Shown in pieces: positions 18,458 to 26,303 of a stretch of DNA of 32,000 bases. Under the pieces are notes generated by a model. It worked only from the letters and a program-made list of their open reading frames with translations, did no database searches and was not told the origin of the DNA. The translations under genes were made by a program, and so were the position numbers. Source of the DNA: Longivirga aurantiaca (lineage in GTDB: Bacteria; Actinomycetota; Actinomycetes; S36-B12; CAIYMF01); NCBI RefSeq assembly GCF_042660085.1, contig NZ_JBHSTI010000008.1, positions 2,295,604-2,327,603 of the forward strand, given 5' to 3'. How positions within the stretch are numbered: the stretch's first letter is position 1; every line of letters starts with the position of its first letter.

Positions 18458-18995
18458 TCAGGCGACGAGGTGCAGCGTCTCGGGGTCGCGCGGTGCGATC
18501 TCGAGGATGGTGCACTCCCACGGACCGGCGGGACCGTCCACGACCACGGTGTCGCCCGCGCGCGCGCCGAGCAGCGCGGCCCCGAGCGGCGACGAGGCGC
18601 TGACGCGGTGGTCGTCGAGCATGGCCTCGATCGCCGGCACCGGCCGCACCCAGGTGCCCTCGCCGTCGACGAGGCTGATCCGGACGTAGCTGCCGAGCTC
18701 GACGACGTCGCCCGAGGGCGCCGGCAGGGTCACCGCGCGGGCGAGCAGCCGCTCGAGCCAGACCGCCTCGACGCACAGCCGCTCGAGCCGTGTCACGTCG
18801 CGCGGGTCGCGCCGCCGCTTGTCGAGCCCCGTCCGCGCCTCGGGGATGGCGACCTCGAGCAGGTGCTGCGCGCGCAGCTGCATGAGGAAGCGGCCGTCGG
18901 CCGTGAGCAGGGGGCGCTCCGCGGATCGCCGGGGGCCGGCGGACGGGCGGACGCGCGCCCCCTGGATCGGGCGGGGGCGGGTCGTGGGGTTCATG
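18458..18995 (-). CDS. GreA/GreB-family (Gre-like) transcription factor homologue
   Basis: C-terminal region VELGSYVRISLVDGEGTWVRPVPAIEAMLDDHRVSASSPLGAALLGARAGDTVVVDGPAGPWECTILEI matches the Gre C-terminal (FKBP-like) fold pattern; ATG 18995 preceded by AGGA. Confidence 0.78.
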
Positions 18996-19229
18996 GTTCC
19001 TCCTGGCAGGGCTCGGTCGGATGGCAGCCGTGGCTGCTCCGCCGGTGGTCTCCCGCCGCCGCGGCTGGTGCCGCGACCCCTCGACCCGGGCCCTGGGGCC
19101 GTGCTGACGAGTCGAAGGTGATGGGGTACTCCCCGCCGATCAGATGCGGACAGTTTCCGGAAATCTAAATCCTCTGTCAAGCCCGGCCGCGCAGGTCCCG
19201 CATGCGGTGCGGCCCTCCGCTGGCAGGCT

Positions 19230-19781
19230 GTGCCCGTGACCAGCGCCCTCGTCGTCATCGACGTCCAGAACGAGTACGTGACCGGTGCCCTGCCGATCGT
19301 CCACCCCCCGGTCGACGAGGCGCTCATCCGCATCGGCGAGGCGATCGACGCCGCCATCGCGGCCGGCCTCCCCGTGGTCGCGGTGCGGCACACCGAGCCC
19401 GACCCGAGCGGCGGCATCTTCGTGGCGGGCACGCCGGCGTGGGAGCTGCACGACGTCGTCGCCTCGCGGCACCACGACATGGTGATCGACAAGCAGCTTC
19501 CCGGCTCGTTCACCGGCACCCCGTTGCAGGAGTGGCTGTCCGAGCGCGGGATCGACCATGTCGTCATCGCCGGGTGGATGACGCACATGTGCGTCGACTC
19601 GACCACCCGCCAGGCGATGCATCGCGGGTTCGACGTCACCGTGCTCGTCGACGCGACCGGCACGATCGACATCGCCGACGACCTTCCCGCAGCGCTGGTC
19701 CACCGGGTCGAGCTCGGCGTGCTGGGCGACGGCTTCGCCCAGCTGCGCTCGACCGCCGACTGGGTGGCCGACCTGGCATGA
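19230..19781 (+). CDS. Isochorismatase-family cysteine hydrolase
   Basis: ALVVIDVQNEYVTGALP (Asp), DKQLPGSFTGTPLQEWL (Lys), VVIAGWMTHMCVDSTTRQAMHRGFDVTVLVDAT (Cys). GTG start. Confidence 0.9.
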   Translation: MPVTSALVVIDVQNEYVTGALPIVHPPVDEALIRIGEAIDAAIAAGLPVVAVRHTEPDPSGGIFVAGTPAWELHDVVASRHHDMVIDKQLPGSFTGTPLQEWLSERGIDHVVIAGWMTHMCVDSTTRQAMHRGFDVTVLVDATGTIDIADDLPAALVHRVELGVLGDGFAQLRSTADWVADLA

Positions 19782-20584
19782 CCGACCGCACCTCGGTCGC
19801 CCGCACCCTCGACCTCAACGCCGACCTGGGCGAGGGCGTCGCGACATCCGCCCTCGACGCGACCCAGGTCGATGACGCCCTCCTCGCTGTCGTCACCAGC
19901 GCCAACGTCGCATGCGGCGGCCACGCCGGCGACGCGTCGTCGATGGCTCGTGTGTGCGCCGTCGCGGTCGAGCGAGGTGTGGCGATCGGCGCCCAGGTGT
20001 CGTACGTCGACCGCGCAGGATTCGGCCGCCGGCGGCTCGACGTCGATGCACGCACGCTGCAGGCCCAGCTGCTCGAGCAGCTCGGCGAGCTGCGCACCCA
20101 CGCCCGCGCCGCGGGCGGACGCGTGGCGTACGTGAAGCCGCACGGCGCCCTCTACAACACCGCTGCGGACGACCCCGAGGTGGCGGACGCCGTCGTCTCG
20201 ACCGTGCTGGCCGACGCCGACAGCCACCGGCAGCTGCCGGTCCTCACCCTCCCCGGAAGCGCCCTGGCCCTGCGGGCGCGGGCGGCCGGGATCGAGGTGG
20301 TGGCCGAGGCCTTCGCCGACCGCGCCTACACCCGTGCCGGTCGGCTCGTCCCGAGGTCGCACGACGGTGCGGTGATCACGGACCCCGACGCGGTCGTCGC
20401 CCGCGTCCTGCGGCTCGAGAGCGACGGCCTGCTGGAGTCGGCCGATGGCCACGACATCGCCATCGACGCGCGGTCGGTGTGCCTGCACTCCGACACCGAC
20501 GGCGCGGTCGACCTCGCCCGCAGCGTGCGCCAGGCGCTGTGGGCGGCGGGCGTGGTGCTGGTGCCGTTCTCCGGCGTCCGATGA
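19778..20584 (+). CDS. pxpA: 5-oxoprolinase subunit A (LamB/YcsF family)
   Basis: LDLNADLGEG...VTSANVACGGHAGD...GAQVSYVDRAGFGRR...AYVKPHGALYN; ATG 19778 overlaps the upstream stop by 4 nt. Confidence 0.95.
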   Translation: MTDRTSVARTLDLNADLGEGVATSALDATQVDDALLAVVTSANVACGGHAGDASSMARVCAVAVERGVAIGAQVSYVDRAGFGRRRLDVDARTLQAQLLEQLGELRTHARAAGGRVAYVKPHGALYNTAADDPEVADAVVSTVLADADSHRQLPVLTLPGSALALRARAAGIEVVAEAFADRAYTRAGRLVPRSHDGAVITDPDAVVARVLRLESDGLLESADGHDIAIDARSVCLHSDTDGAVDLARSVRQALWAAGVVLVPFSGVR

Positions 20585-21195
20585 CAGCCGTCACGCGCGT
20601 CGCCCCCTGCGGCGACCTCGCGCTGCTCGCGGACTGCCAGGATCCCGCCGGGGTCGCCGCCGCCGTGCGCGCCGCAGAACTCCCCGGGGTGGTGGAGGCC
20701 GTCCCGGGCGCCGCCACGGTGCTCGTGCGCCACACCGCCGCGGCGGACCGCCCCGCCCTCGCCCGCCGCATCGCCGCGCTCGAGCCGGCTCCGCGGTCGG
20801 ACGGCGCCTCGGCCGTCGTCGTGGTGCTCGTGCGGTACGACGGAGCCGACCTCGACGACATGGCCGACCTCGTCGGGCTCAGCCGCGAGGAGGTCGTGGC
20901 CCGGCACCAGGCGTCGGAGTTCGAGGTGGCGTTCTGCGGGTTCTCCCCCGGCTTCGCGTACCTGTCCGGCCTCGACCCGCGGCTCGTCGTCCCGCGCCTG
21001 GCGACGCCGCGCACGTCGGTGCCGGCGGGCGCCGTCGCGGTGGCCGACGTGTGGTCGGCGATCTACCCGCGCGAGTCGCCCGGCGGGTGGCGCCTGCTCG
21101 GCACCACCGACGCCCCGCTCTGGGACGAGACCCGCACCCCGCCCGCCCTGCTCGCGCCCGGGACGCCGGTCCGTTTCCGCCAGGTCTCGCCATGA
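20581..21195 (+). CDS. pxpB: 5-oxoprolinase subunit B (KipI family)
   Basis: VRYDGADLDDMADLVGLSREEVVARHQASEFEVAFCGFSPGFAYLSGLDPRLVVPRLATPRTSVPAGAVAVAD; ATGA overlap with pxpA. Confidence 0.95.
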   Translation: MTAVTRVAPCGDLALLADCQDPAGVAAAVRAAELPGVVEAVPGAATVLVRHTAAADRPALARRIAALEPAPRSDGASAVVVVLVRYDGADLDDMADLVGLSREEVVARHQASEFEVAFCGFSPGFAYLSGLDPRLVVPRLATPRTSVPAGAVAVADVWSAIYPRESPGGWRLLGTTDAPLWDETRTPPALLAPGTPVRFRQVSP

Positions 21196-22052
21196 TCGAG
21201 GTGGTGGCACCCGGGCCGCGCGCCCTGGTGGAGGATCTCGGCCGCCCGGGATGGGCGCAGTACGGCGTCGGCCCGTCCGGTGCGTACGACCGGGGGGCCC
21301 TTCGCCTCGCCAACCGGCTCGTCGGCAACCGCGAGGAGGCCGCCGCCGTCGAGGCGCTCGGCGGCGGCCTCGCTCTCCGCGCCCTGGTGCCCGTGGTCGT
21401 CGCGGTGACCGGGGCCGACGGCCCGGTGACCGTCACCGCGTCCGACGGAGGGGCCTACGAGGTCGGGAGGCGGGCCCCCGTGCACCTCGCGACAGGGGCG
21501 ACCCTCGCCCTCGGGCAGCCCAGCCAGGGCCTGCGCAGCTACGTCGCCGTCCGCGGGGGGCTCGCCGTACGCCGGACCTTCGCCAGCGCGTCGACCGACA
21601 CCCTGGCGGGCCTGGGCCCGGCACCGCTGGCCGCTCGCGACCGCCTCCCGCTGGGGTCGGACGGCGTGCGCCACCCGCACGTCGACCACGCCCCGCACCG
21701 GCCCTCCGGCGGGCCGCTGCGCGTCGTCCCCGGACCCCGCGACGACTGGTTCGCCGAGGGCGCGCTCGGCCTGCTGCTGGCCGCCTCGTGGACCGTGACG
21801 CCGCAGAGCGACCGCGTCGGAGTGCGCCTCGACGGCCCGCTGCTCGTGCGCCGGCCCGAGCGCGGCGAGCTGCCCAGCGAGCCCGTCGTGACGGGCGCTC
21901 TGCAGGTGCCTCCGGACGGCCGTCCGGTGCTCCTCGGCCCCGACCGTCCGACAACCGGTGGGTATCCGGTGATCGGTGTGGTCGTCGACGCCGACCTCGA
22001 CCGGGCCGCACAGCTGCGTCCTGGTGACCAGCTGCGATTTCGCTTGGCCTGA
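21192..22052 (+). CDS. pxpC: 5-oxoprolinase subunit C (KipA / biotin-dependent carboxyltransferase family)
   Basis: MIEVVAPGPRALVEDLGRPGWAQYGVGPSGAYDRGALRLANRLVGN...QGLRSYVAVRGGL...SDRVGVRLDGP...PTTGGYPVIGVV; ATGA overlap with pxpB. Confidence 0.95.
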   Translation: MIEVVAPGPRALVEDLGRPGWAQYGVGPSGAYDRGALRLANRLVGNREEAAAVEALGGGLALRALVPVVVAVTGADGPVTVTASDGGAYEVGRRAPVHLATGATLALGQPSQGLRSYVAVRGGLAVRRTFASASTDTLAGLGPAPLAARDRLPLGSDGVRHPHVDHAPHRPSGGPLRVVPGPRDDWFAEGALGLLLAASWTVTPQSDRVGVRLDGPLLVRRPERGELPSEPVVTGALQVPPDGRPVLLGPDRPTTGGYPVIGVVVDADLDRAAQLRPGDQLRFRLA

Positions 22053-22060
22053 CTGGGATT

Positions 22061-22093
22061 TCCAAGATCTGTCCAAGGTCTGTCCAAGGCACG
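22061..22093. repeat. Three consecutive 11-bp iterons, candidate operator
   Basis: TCCAAGATCTG | TCCAAGGTCTG | TCCAAGGCACG at 22061, 22072 and 22083. Confidence 0.8.
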
Positions 22094-22215
22094 CAGAGTG
22101 ACCTCGGTCGCGACACGCCCCCGGTCGGAGCAATGCCCGAGCGTCACCACCCGAACGGGTCACCATGAATCCACCCGCACTGACGAGACTGCATATGACC
22201 GAGGAGGTGATGACC

Positions 22216-22362
22216 ATGACGACGCTCGAACGCACAGCAGGTGCAAGCGACGTGATGGAGCTGTTGCGTCAGGGAGTGCCCCTGACGTTGCTGCTGGACC
22301 TCGCCGATCCCCGCGGTCCCCGATCCCTGGAGCTCCTGCTCCTGGAGAGGGACGCCGCCTAG
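22216..22362 (+). CDS. Small protein (~48 aa) of unknown function
   Basis: MTTLERTAGASDVMELLRQGVPLTLLLDLADPRGPRSLELLLLERDAA; GAGGAGG at 22201-22207 with ~8-nt spacing to ATG 22216. The GVPLTLLLDLADPxGPxS pattern resembles small actinobacterial hypotheticals (from memory, not searched). Confidence 0.6.
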   Translation: MTTLERTAGASDVMELLRQGVPLTLLLDLADPRGPRSLELLLLERDAA

Positions 22363-22514
22363 CGAGGTCACCACTCCGTCCGTCCCCCACGCCGCGGGCA
22401 CGGGCACCGAGGCCCGACGGCCGTGAACCGTCGGACCGGCCCCTGGAAGAGGGCCTCCCATAACTCAATTTCATCCCCGGCTCACACCCGGTGTATCCTT
22501 TCCCCGCACCTTGC

Positions 22515-22587
22515 GCCGCTAGCTCAACTGGCAGAGCAGCGGACTCTTAATCCGCGGGTTGTAGGTTCAAGTCCTACGCGGCGTACT
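22515..22587 (+). tRNA. tRNA-Lys(CTT), CCA not encoded
   Basis: GCGCCGC...GCGGCGT acceptor stem, anticodon arm GCGGACTCTTAATCCGC, T arm GTAGGTTCAAGTCCTAC, discriminator A at 22587. Confidence 0.95.
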
Positions 22588-22595
22588 GGTGGAGA

Positions 22596-22623
22596 GGCCC
22601 GGTCTTCGGACCGGGCCTCTTCC
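22596..22623 (+). terminator. Intrinsic terminator after tRNA-Lys
   Basis: Perfect 11-bp stem GAGGCCCGGTC / GACCGGGCCTC with TTCG tetraloop, followed by TT. Confidence 0.88.
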
Positions 22624-22784
22624 TTGTGACCTGCGGCTTCACCCGCGTGCGACGCCGATCGCGGCCATCGCAGGAGCCGATCGCGGATCGGCCGCTCAAC
22701 GGCCGTGGTGCCCGTGCGGTTGCACAGGGCAGCGCCGACGTCGTCTGCGCCGCCCGCTGCGGCCTGGCTGGACACCGCCTGACC

Positions 22785-23210
22785 TCAGCCCGGCAGCATC
22801 CCGTAGGCGTACGTCGGGCGCACGGACAGCACGAGCCGGCGGTCGGCCACCATCGCACGGCGGTAGTCGTCCCAGTCGGAGTGCTCGCCGGACAGCGCGC
22901 GGTAGTAGTCCACGAGCGTGTCGACGGTGGCGTCGGCCGGGTCGGCGGCCACGGGCGAGAGCTCGGCCTCGCCCTCGAGCACGACGTACGACCAGAAGTC
23001 GTCGGCTGGCACGTGCAGGGAGACGCGCGGGTCGCGGGCGAGGTTCTTGGTCTTGGCCCGGTCGGCGGTGAGCGACACGCGCATCACGCCGTCGGCGTCG
23101 GTCCACTGCGAGACGTGCGAGCTCTGCGGGCGGCCGTCCTTCTTCAGCGTGATAAGCACGCAGCGCCGGTGGCCGCGGGCGTAGTCGAGCGCAGTGGCGA
23201 GATCGGTCAT
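22785..23210 (-). CDS. PPOX-class F420- or flavin-dependent oxidoreductase (pyridoxamine 5'-phosphate oxidase-like fold)
   Basis: MTDLATALDYARGHRRCVLITLKKDGRPQSSHVSQWTDADGVMRVSLTADRAKTKNLARDPRVSLHVPADDFWSYVVLEGEAELS...DDYRRAMVADRRLVLSVRPTYAYG. Confidence 0.88.
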   Translation of the reverse strand: MTDLATALDYARGHRRCVLITLKKDGRPQSSHVSQWTDADGVMRVSLTADRAKTKNLARDPRVSLHVPADDFWSYVVLEGEAELSPVAADPADATVDTLVDYYRALSGEHSDWDDYRRAMVADRRLVLSVRPTYAYGMLPG

Positions 23211-23432
23211 GGGAGGGCCTCCGACGGTGATGGTCCCGCCACCGTACGGCGAGAGGCCTCCTGGCGCTGCCGGGTCGGCACGACGGCGCACGTCCCCCCA
23301 CGAGTGGAGGCCACCGCACGCTCAGCGTCCGGAGTGCCGGCTCTCAGCATCCTCATACGTTCGCCCGCCACCCTGGGCGGCGTAACGTGCGCCAGTTCCG
23401 TGCCGCGGCACGCTCGGACCGAGGAGACCACC

Positions 23433-24149
23433 ATGGACCAGGACCGCCCCGGCCTCACTCCCCCGCCGGCCGGCAGCACCCCCGGCGACCTCCCGGCAGC
23501 GCAGCCCGAGACCGGCACGACCGAGGTGCTGGCGTCCGCGCAGCGCGGCCGACGGATCGGCACCGGCGTGCTCGTCGCGGCCGTGGGCATCGCCGCGCTC
23601 GGCGTCGCCGGTGCGACGTACGCCGCAGCGTCCGACCCGTCGCCCTCGGCGTCGGGCAGGGGCTCGTCCGAGGGCCCGCCGGCGGCCCCGGGCGACGGCG
23701 ACGGCGACAGGGACGGCGACGGCGGCCACAGGGGCGACGGCCAGGGTGGCCCCGATCGTGGCGGCCATGGCCCCCGCGGCGGCTTCCCGGGCGCCGTGCA
23801 CGGCACGTTCGTGGTGCCGAACCAGGACGGCACCGGCTACCAGACCATGCAGATGCAGCACGGCACCGTCACGGCAGTCTCCGCGACCTCGATCTCGGTG
23901 ACGAGCGCGGACGGCTTCACCGCCACGTACGTCGTGGACGCCGGCACGAAGATCAACCGCGACGGCGCGATCGCCGACATCACGGCCGACGCCGACGTCA
24001 TGGTGATGGGCATCGTGGACGGCAGCACGGTCACCGCCGAGCGCGTCGTCGACACCGCGGCCTTCGGCGCGGGGGGCGAGCGCGACCACGGCGGCACAGG
24101 CCCGGGCGGCCTGAAGTCGGGAGAAGCCACCCCGAGCGCCGCCGCCTGA
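23433..24149 (+). CDS. Membrane-anchored/secreted protein with DUF5666-like domain
   Basis: Single TM segment (GRRIGTGVLVAAVGIAALGVAGATYAAA), D/G-rich low-complexity linker, then MQHGTVTAVSATSISVTSADGFTATYVVDAGTKINRDGAIADITADADVMVMGIVDGSTVTAERV. Confidence 0.8.
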   Translation: MDQDRPGLTPPPAGSTPGDLPAAQPETGTTEVLASAQRGRRIGTGVLVAAVGIAALGVAGATYAAASDPSPSASGRGSSEGPPAAPGDGDGDRDGDGGHRGDGQGGPDRGGHGPRGGFPGAVHGTFVVPNQDGTGYQTMQMQHGTVTAVSATSISVTSADGFTATYVVDAGTKINRDGAIADITADADVMVMGIVDGSTVTAERVVDTAAFGAGGERDHGGTGPGGLKSGEATPSAAA

Positions 24150-24162
24150 GGCATCCTCTAGC

Positions 24163-24198
24163 CGAGACCCCCGCGTCGCCCCCGTCGCGGGGGTCTCG
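24163..24198. terminator. Intrinsic terminator between convergent genes
   Basis: Perfect 13-bp stem CGAGACCCCCGCG / CGCGGGGGTCTCG, 10-nt loop TCGCCCCCGT. Confidence 0.85.
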
Positions 24199-24209
24199 CC
24201 TGTCCGGGG

Positions 24210-24614
24210 TCAGTCGACGGGCTCGGGATCGTCCATCGGGTCGAGCACGGCCCAGATCATCGGGATCTGCAGCGGCATCCGGGCCCAGGCGATCAGCGCC
24301 GTGGTCGAGGTGATCCCGTCATCGGCCGTGGCGCCGAGCGCGAACTGCAGGTTGGACGGCCACACCGCGAGCAGGACGACCGCGCTGGCGGGCCCGGCCC
24401 AGCGGCGGCGGGTCATCAGCCCGTAGGCGCACACGAGCTCCACGGCGCCCGCGGCCAGGTTCACCGCCACCGGGGCCGGCACCCACGGCGGCATGAAGTC
24501 GTCGAAGGCCGAGGGCCGCACCACGTGCAGCACCCCGGACGCCGCGAACAGCCCCGCCACTGTCAGGCGCACCCCGCGGCGCACGCGCTCGACGCGGCTC
24601 ACGGTGCCGGCCAC
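24210..24614 (-). CDS. DoxX-family membrane protein
   Basis: RLTVAGLFAASGVLHVVRPSAFDDFMPPWVPAPVAVNLAAGAVELVCAYGLMTRRRWAGPASAVVLLAVWPSNLQFAL; typical DoxX-like pattern. Confidence 0.82.
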   Translation of the reverse strand: MAGTVSRVERVRRGVRLTVAGLFAASGVLHVVRPSAFDDFMPPWVPAPVAVNLAAGAVELVCAYGLMTRRRWAGPASAVVLLAVWPSNLQFALGATADDGITSTTALIAWARMPLQIPMIWAVLDPMDDPEPVD

Positions 24615-25369
24615 GTCTCGGGGATCCCGTGGCCGCCGTCGGCCACGAGGGTCGCACCCGTGACGAACGACGCCGACTCGTGCGCGAGGAAGAGCACGGC
24701 GGCCGCGACCTCGTCCGGAGTGCCGCTGCGTCCGAACGGCCCGTGGCGCGCGGCGTCCGCCTCGAAGTCGAGCTGCGACGAGGTGGCGACGTACCCCGGG
24801 GCGACGACGTTCACCGTGATGCCGTCGGCCACGACCTCGAGGGCGAGGCTGCGCGAGAGCCCGACGAGGGCGGCCTTGGACGCGGCGTACGACGCCTGCC
24901 GCGGCATGCCGTTCACCGGGCCGGTGGTGGACGAGACCGTGACGATGCGGCCGTAGCCGGCGGCGCGCATCGTGGGGACCACAGCCCTGCTCGCGAGGAA
25001 CGCCGTGGAGAGGTTGCGCGAGATCGCGGCGTCCCAGGCGGGCAGCGGCAGGTCGGCGACCTCGCCGTCGACGTCCCAGCCGGAGACGACCGAGGTCATG
25101 CCCGCGTTGTTCACGAGGATGTCGAGGCGGCCCCAGCGGCTGACGGCGGCGGCGACCAGCAGGTCGGCGGCGCCGTCGACGGTGAGGTCGGCGACCACGC
25201 CGACCGCGGACGGGCCGAGCTCGGCCGCGCGCTCGTGCACGCGCTCGCTGGTGGCGCCGAGCACCACGGCGGCTCCCTCGGCCGCGAACGCCCGCGCGCA
25301 GGCGAAGCCGATCCCGTCGGGCGAGCCTGCACCCGTCACGATCGCGACCCGTCCGTCGAACCTGCCCAT
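24599..25369 (-). CDS. SDR-family oxidoreductase
   Basis: MGRFDGRVAIVTGAGSPDGIGFACARAFAAEGAAVVLG...LVNNAGM...ASYAASKAALVGLSRSLALEV...NVVAPGYV; ATG at 25369. Confidence 0.92.
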   Translation of the reverse strand: MGRFDGRVAIVTGAGSPDGIGFACARAFAAEGAAVVLGATSERVHERAAELGPSAVGVVADLTVDGAADLLVAAAVSRWGRLDILVNNAGMTSVVSGWDVDGEVADLPLPAWDAAISRNLSTAFLASRAVVPTMRAAGYGRIVTVSSTTGPVNGMPRQASYAASKAALVGLSRSLALEVVADGITVNVVAPGYVATSSQLDFEADAARHGPFGRSGTPDEVAAAVLFLAHESASFVTGATLVADGGHGIPETWPAP

Positions 25370-25382
25370 GCGGACCGCCGTC

Positions 25383-25730
25383 CTAGAGGTAGAGACCGGG
25401 TGCGCCGTCGCCGCTGACGCGGTGGGCCGCGAGCGCATGAATGTCGCGCTCGCGCAGCAGGACGTACTCGGCGGCCTGGATCTCGACCTCGGGGTGGCTC
25501 TCGGGGTCGAACAGCACCTGGTCGCCGACCTCGATCGTGCGCACGTTGGGGCCGGTGGCCACCACGCGCGCCCAGCTGAGCCGGCGGCCGACCTGCGCGG
25601 TGGCCGGGATGAGGATGCCGCCTCCGGAGCGGCGCTCGCCGTCGTCGTCGACCTTCACGAGCACGCGGTCGTGCAGCAGCTTGATCGGCACGGAGCCGTC
25701 GGGCAGCGGGGAGGTGTCGGGCGCGCTCAC
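25383..25730 (-). CDS. GroES-family (Cpn10-like) protein, not adjacent to groEL
   Basis: IKLLHDRVLVKVDDDGERRSGGGILIPATAQVGRRLSWARVVATGPNVRTIEVGDQVLFDPESHPEVEIQAAEYVLLRERDIHALA follows the Cpn10 pattern. Confidence 0.85.
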   Translation of the reverse strand: MSAPDTSPLPDGSVPIKLLHDRVLVKVDDDGERRSGGGILIPATAQVGRRLSWARVVATGPNVRTIEVGDQVLFDPESHPEVEIQAAEYVLLRERDIHALAAHRVSGDGAPGLYL

Positions 25731-25782
25731 GCGTCGGAGCGTACGTGCTCGGGCCGGGCGGAGGTCCGCCGGGCTGCGTGCG

Positions 25783-26253
25783 TCAGGAGGAGCGGCGACG
25801 GCGCGAGACGCCGAGGACGACCACGAGGCCGACGACGACGCCGGCCGCGATGAGCACGCGGTCGGGCTTGATCCCGCCGAACTCGTCCACGAACACGCCC
25901 TTGACCTTGTCGACCTGGCGGTTCATGACGTTCCTCGGGGTGACGTACTCCTGCAGGTCGTCGATGCGCCCGGCGAGACGGTCGCGGGTGGCGTCGAGCT
26001 CCGCCTGGATCTCCGAGACGCTGCGCTGCGGAGGCTTGGGCTTCTCGCCCTTGGCCTTGGCCTTGGCGTCGTCCGCCTTCGCCGCAGGCGCGTCGGCGGC
26101 GGAGGCGGCCTTCTTCTCGACGGTGGCGGCCTTCTTCTCGACCGTGGCGGCGGCGTCCTTCACGTCGTCCTTCGCGGACGACGCGGCGTCCTTGACGGAG
26201 TCGGCGGCCTTGTCTGCGGAGTCGCGCACAGCGGCGGTGGTGGAGTCGCTCAC
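25783..26253 (-). CDS. DUF3618-like protein with Ala/Lys/Asp-rich N-terminal region
   Basis: RSVSEIQAELDATRDRLAGRIDDLQEYVTPRNVMNRQVDKVKGVFVDEFGGIKPDRVLIAAGVVVGLVVVLGVSRRRR: DUF3618 pattern plus C-terminal TM. Confidence 0.85.
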   Translation of the reverse strand: MSDSTTAAVRDSADKAADSVKDAASSAKDDVKDAAATVEKKAATVEKKAASAADAPAAKADDAKAKAKGEKPKPPQRSVSEIQAELDATRDRLAGRIDDLQEYVTPRNVMNRQVDKVKGVFVDEFGGIKPDRVLIAAGVVVGLVVVLGVSRRRRSS

Positions 26254-26303
26254 GTCGTCGAGCCTACGCCGATCCGCGCCGTCTGCGGCACCCGACCTGC
26301 GGA

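Noticed and set aside
18996-20488. Upstream two thirds of the 676-aa minus-strand ORF ending in the Gre-like protein
   Set aside because: Antisense to the isochorismatase-like and pxpA genes; the Gre-like protein has a good RBS and ATG at 18995.
23666-23770. Repetitive GAC/GGC-rich tract inside the 23433 ORF considered as a CRISPR or minisatellite
   Set aside because: In-frame Asp/Gly-rich linker (GDGDGDRDGDGGHRGDGQGG) of the DUF5666-like protein; no spacer-repeat structure.
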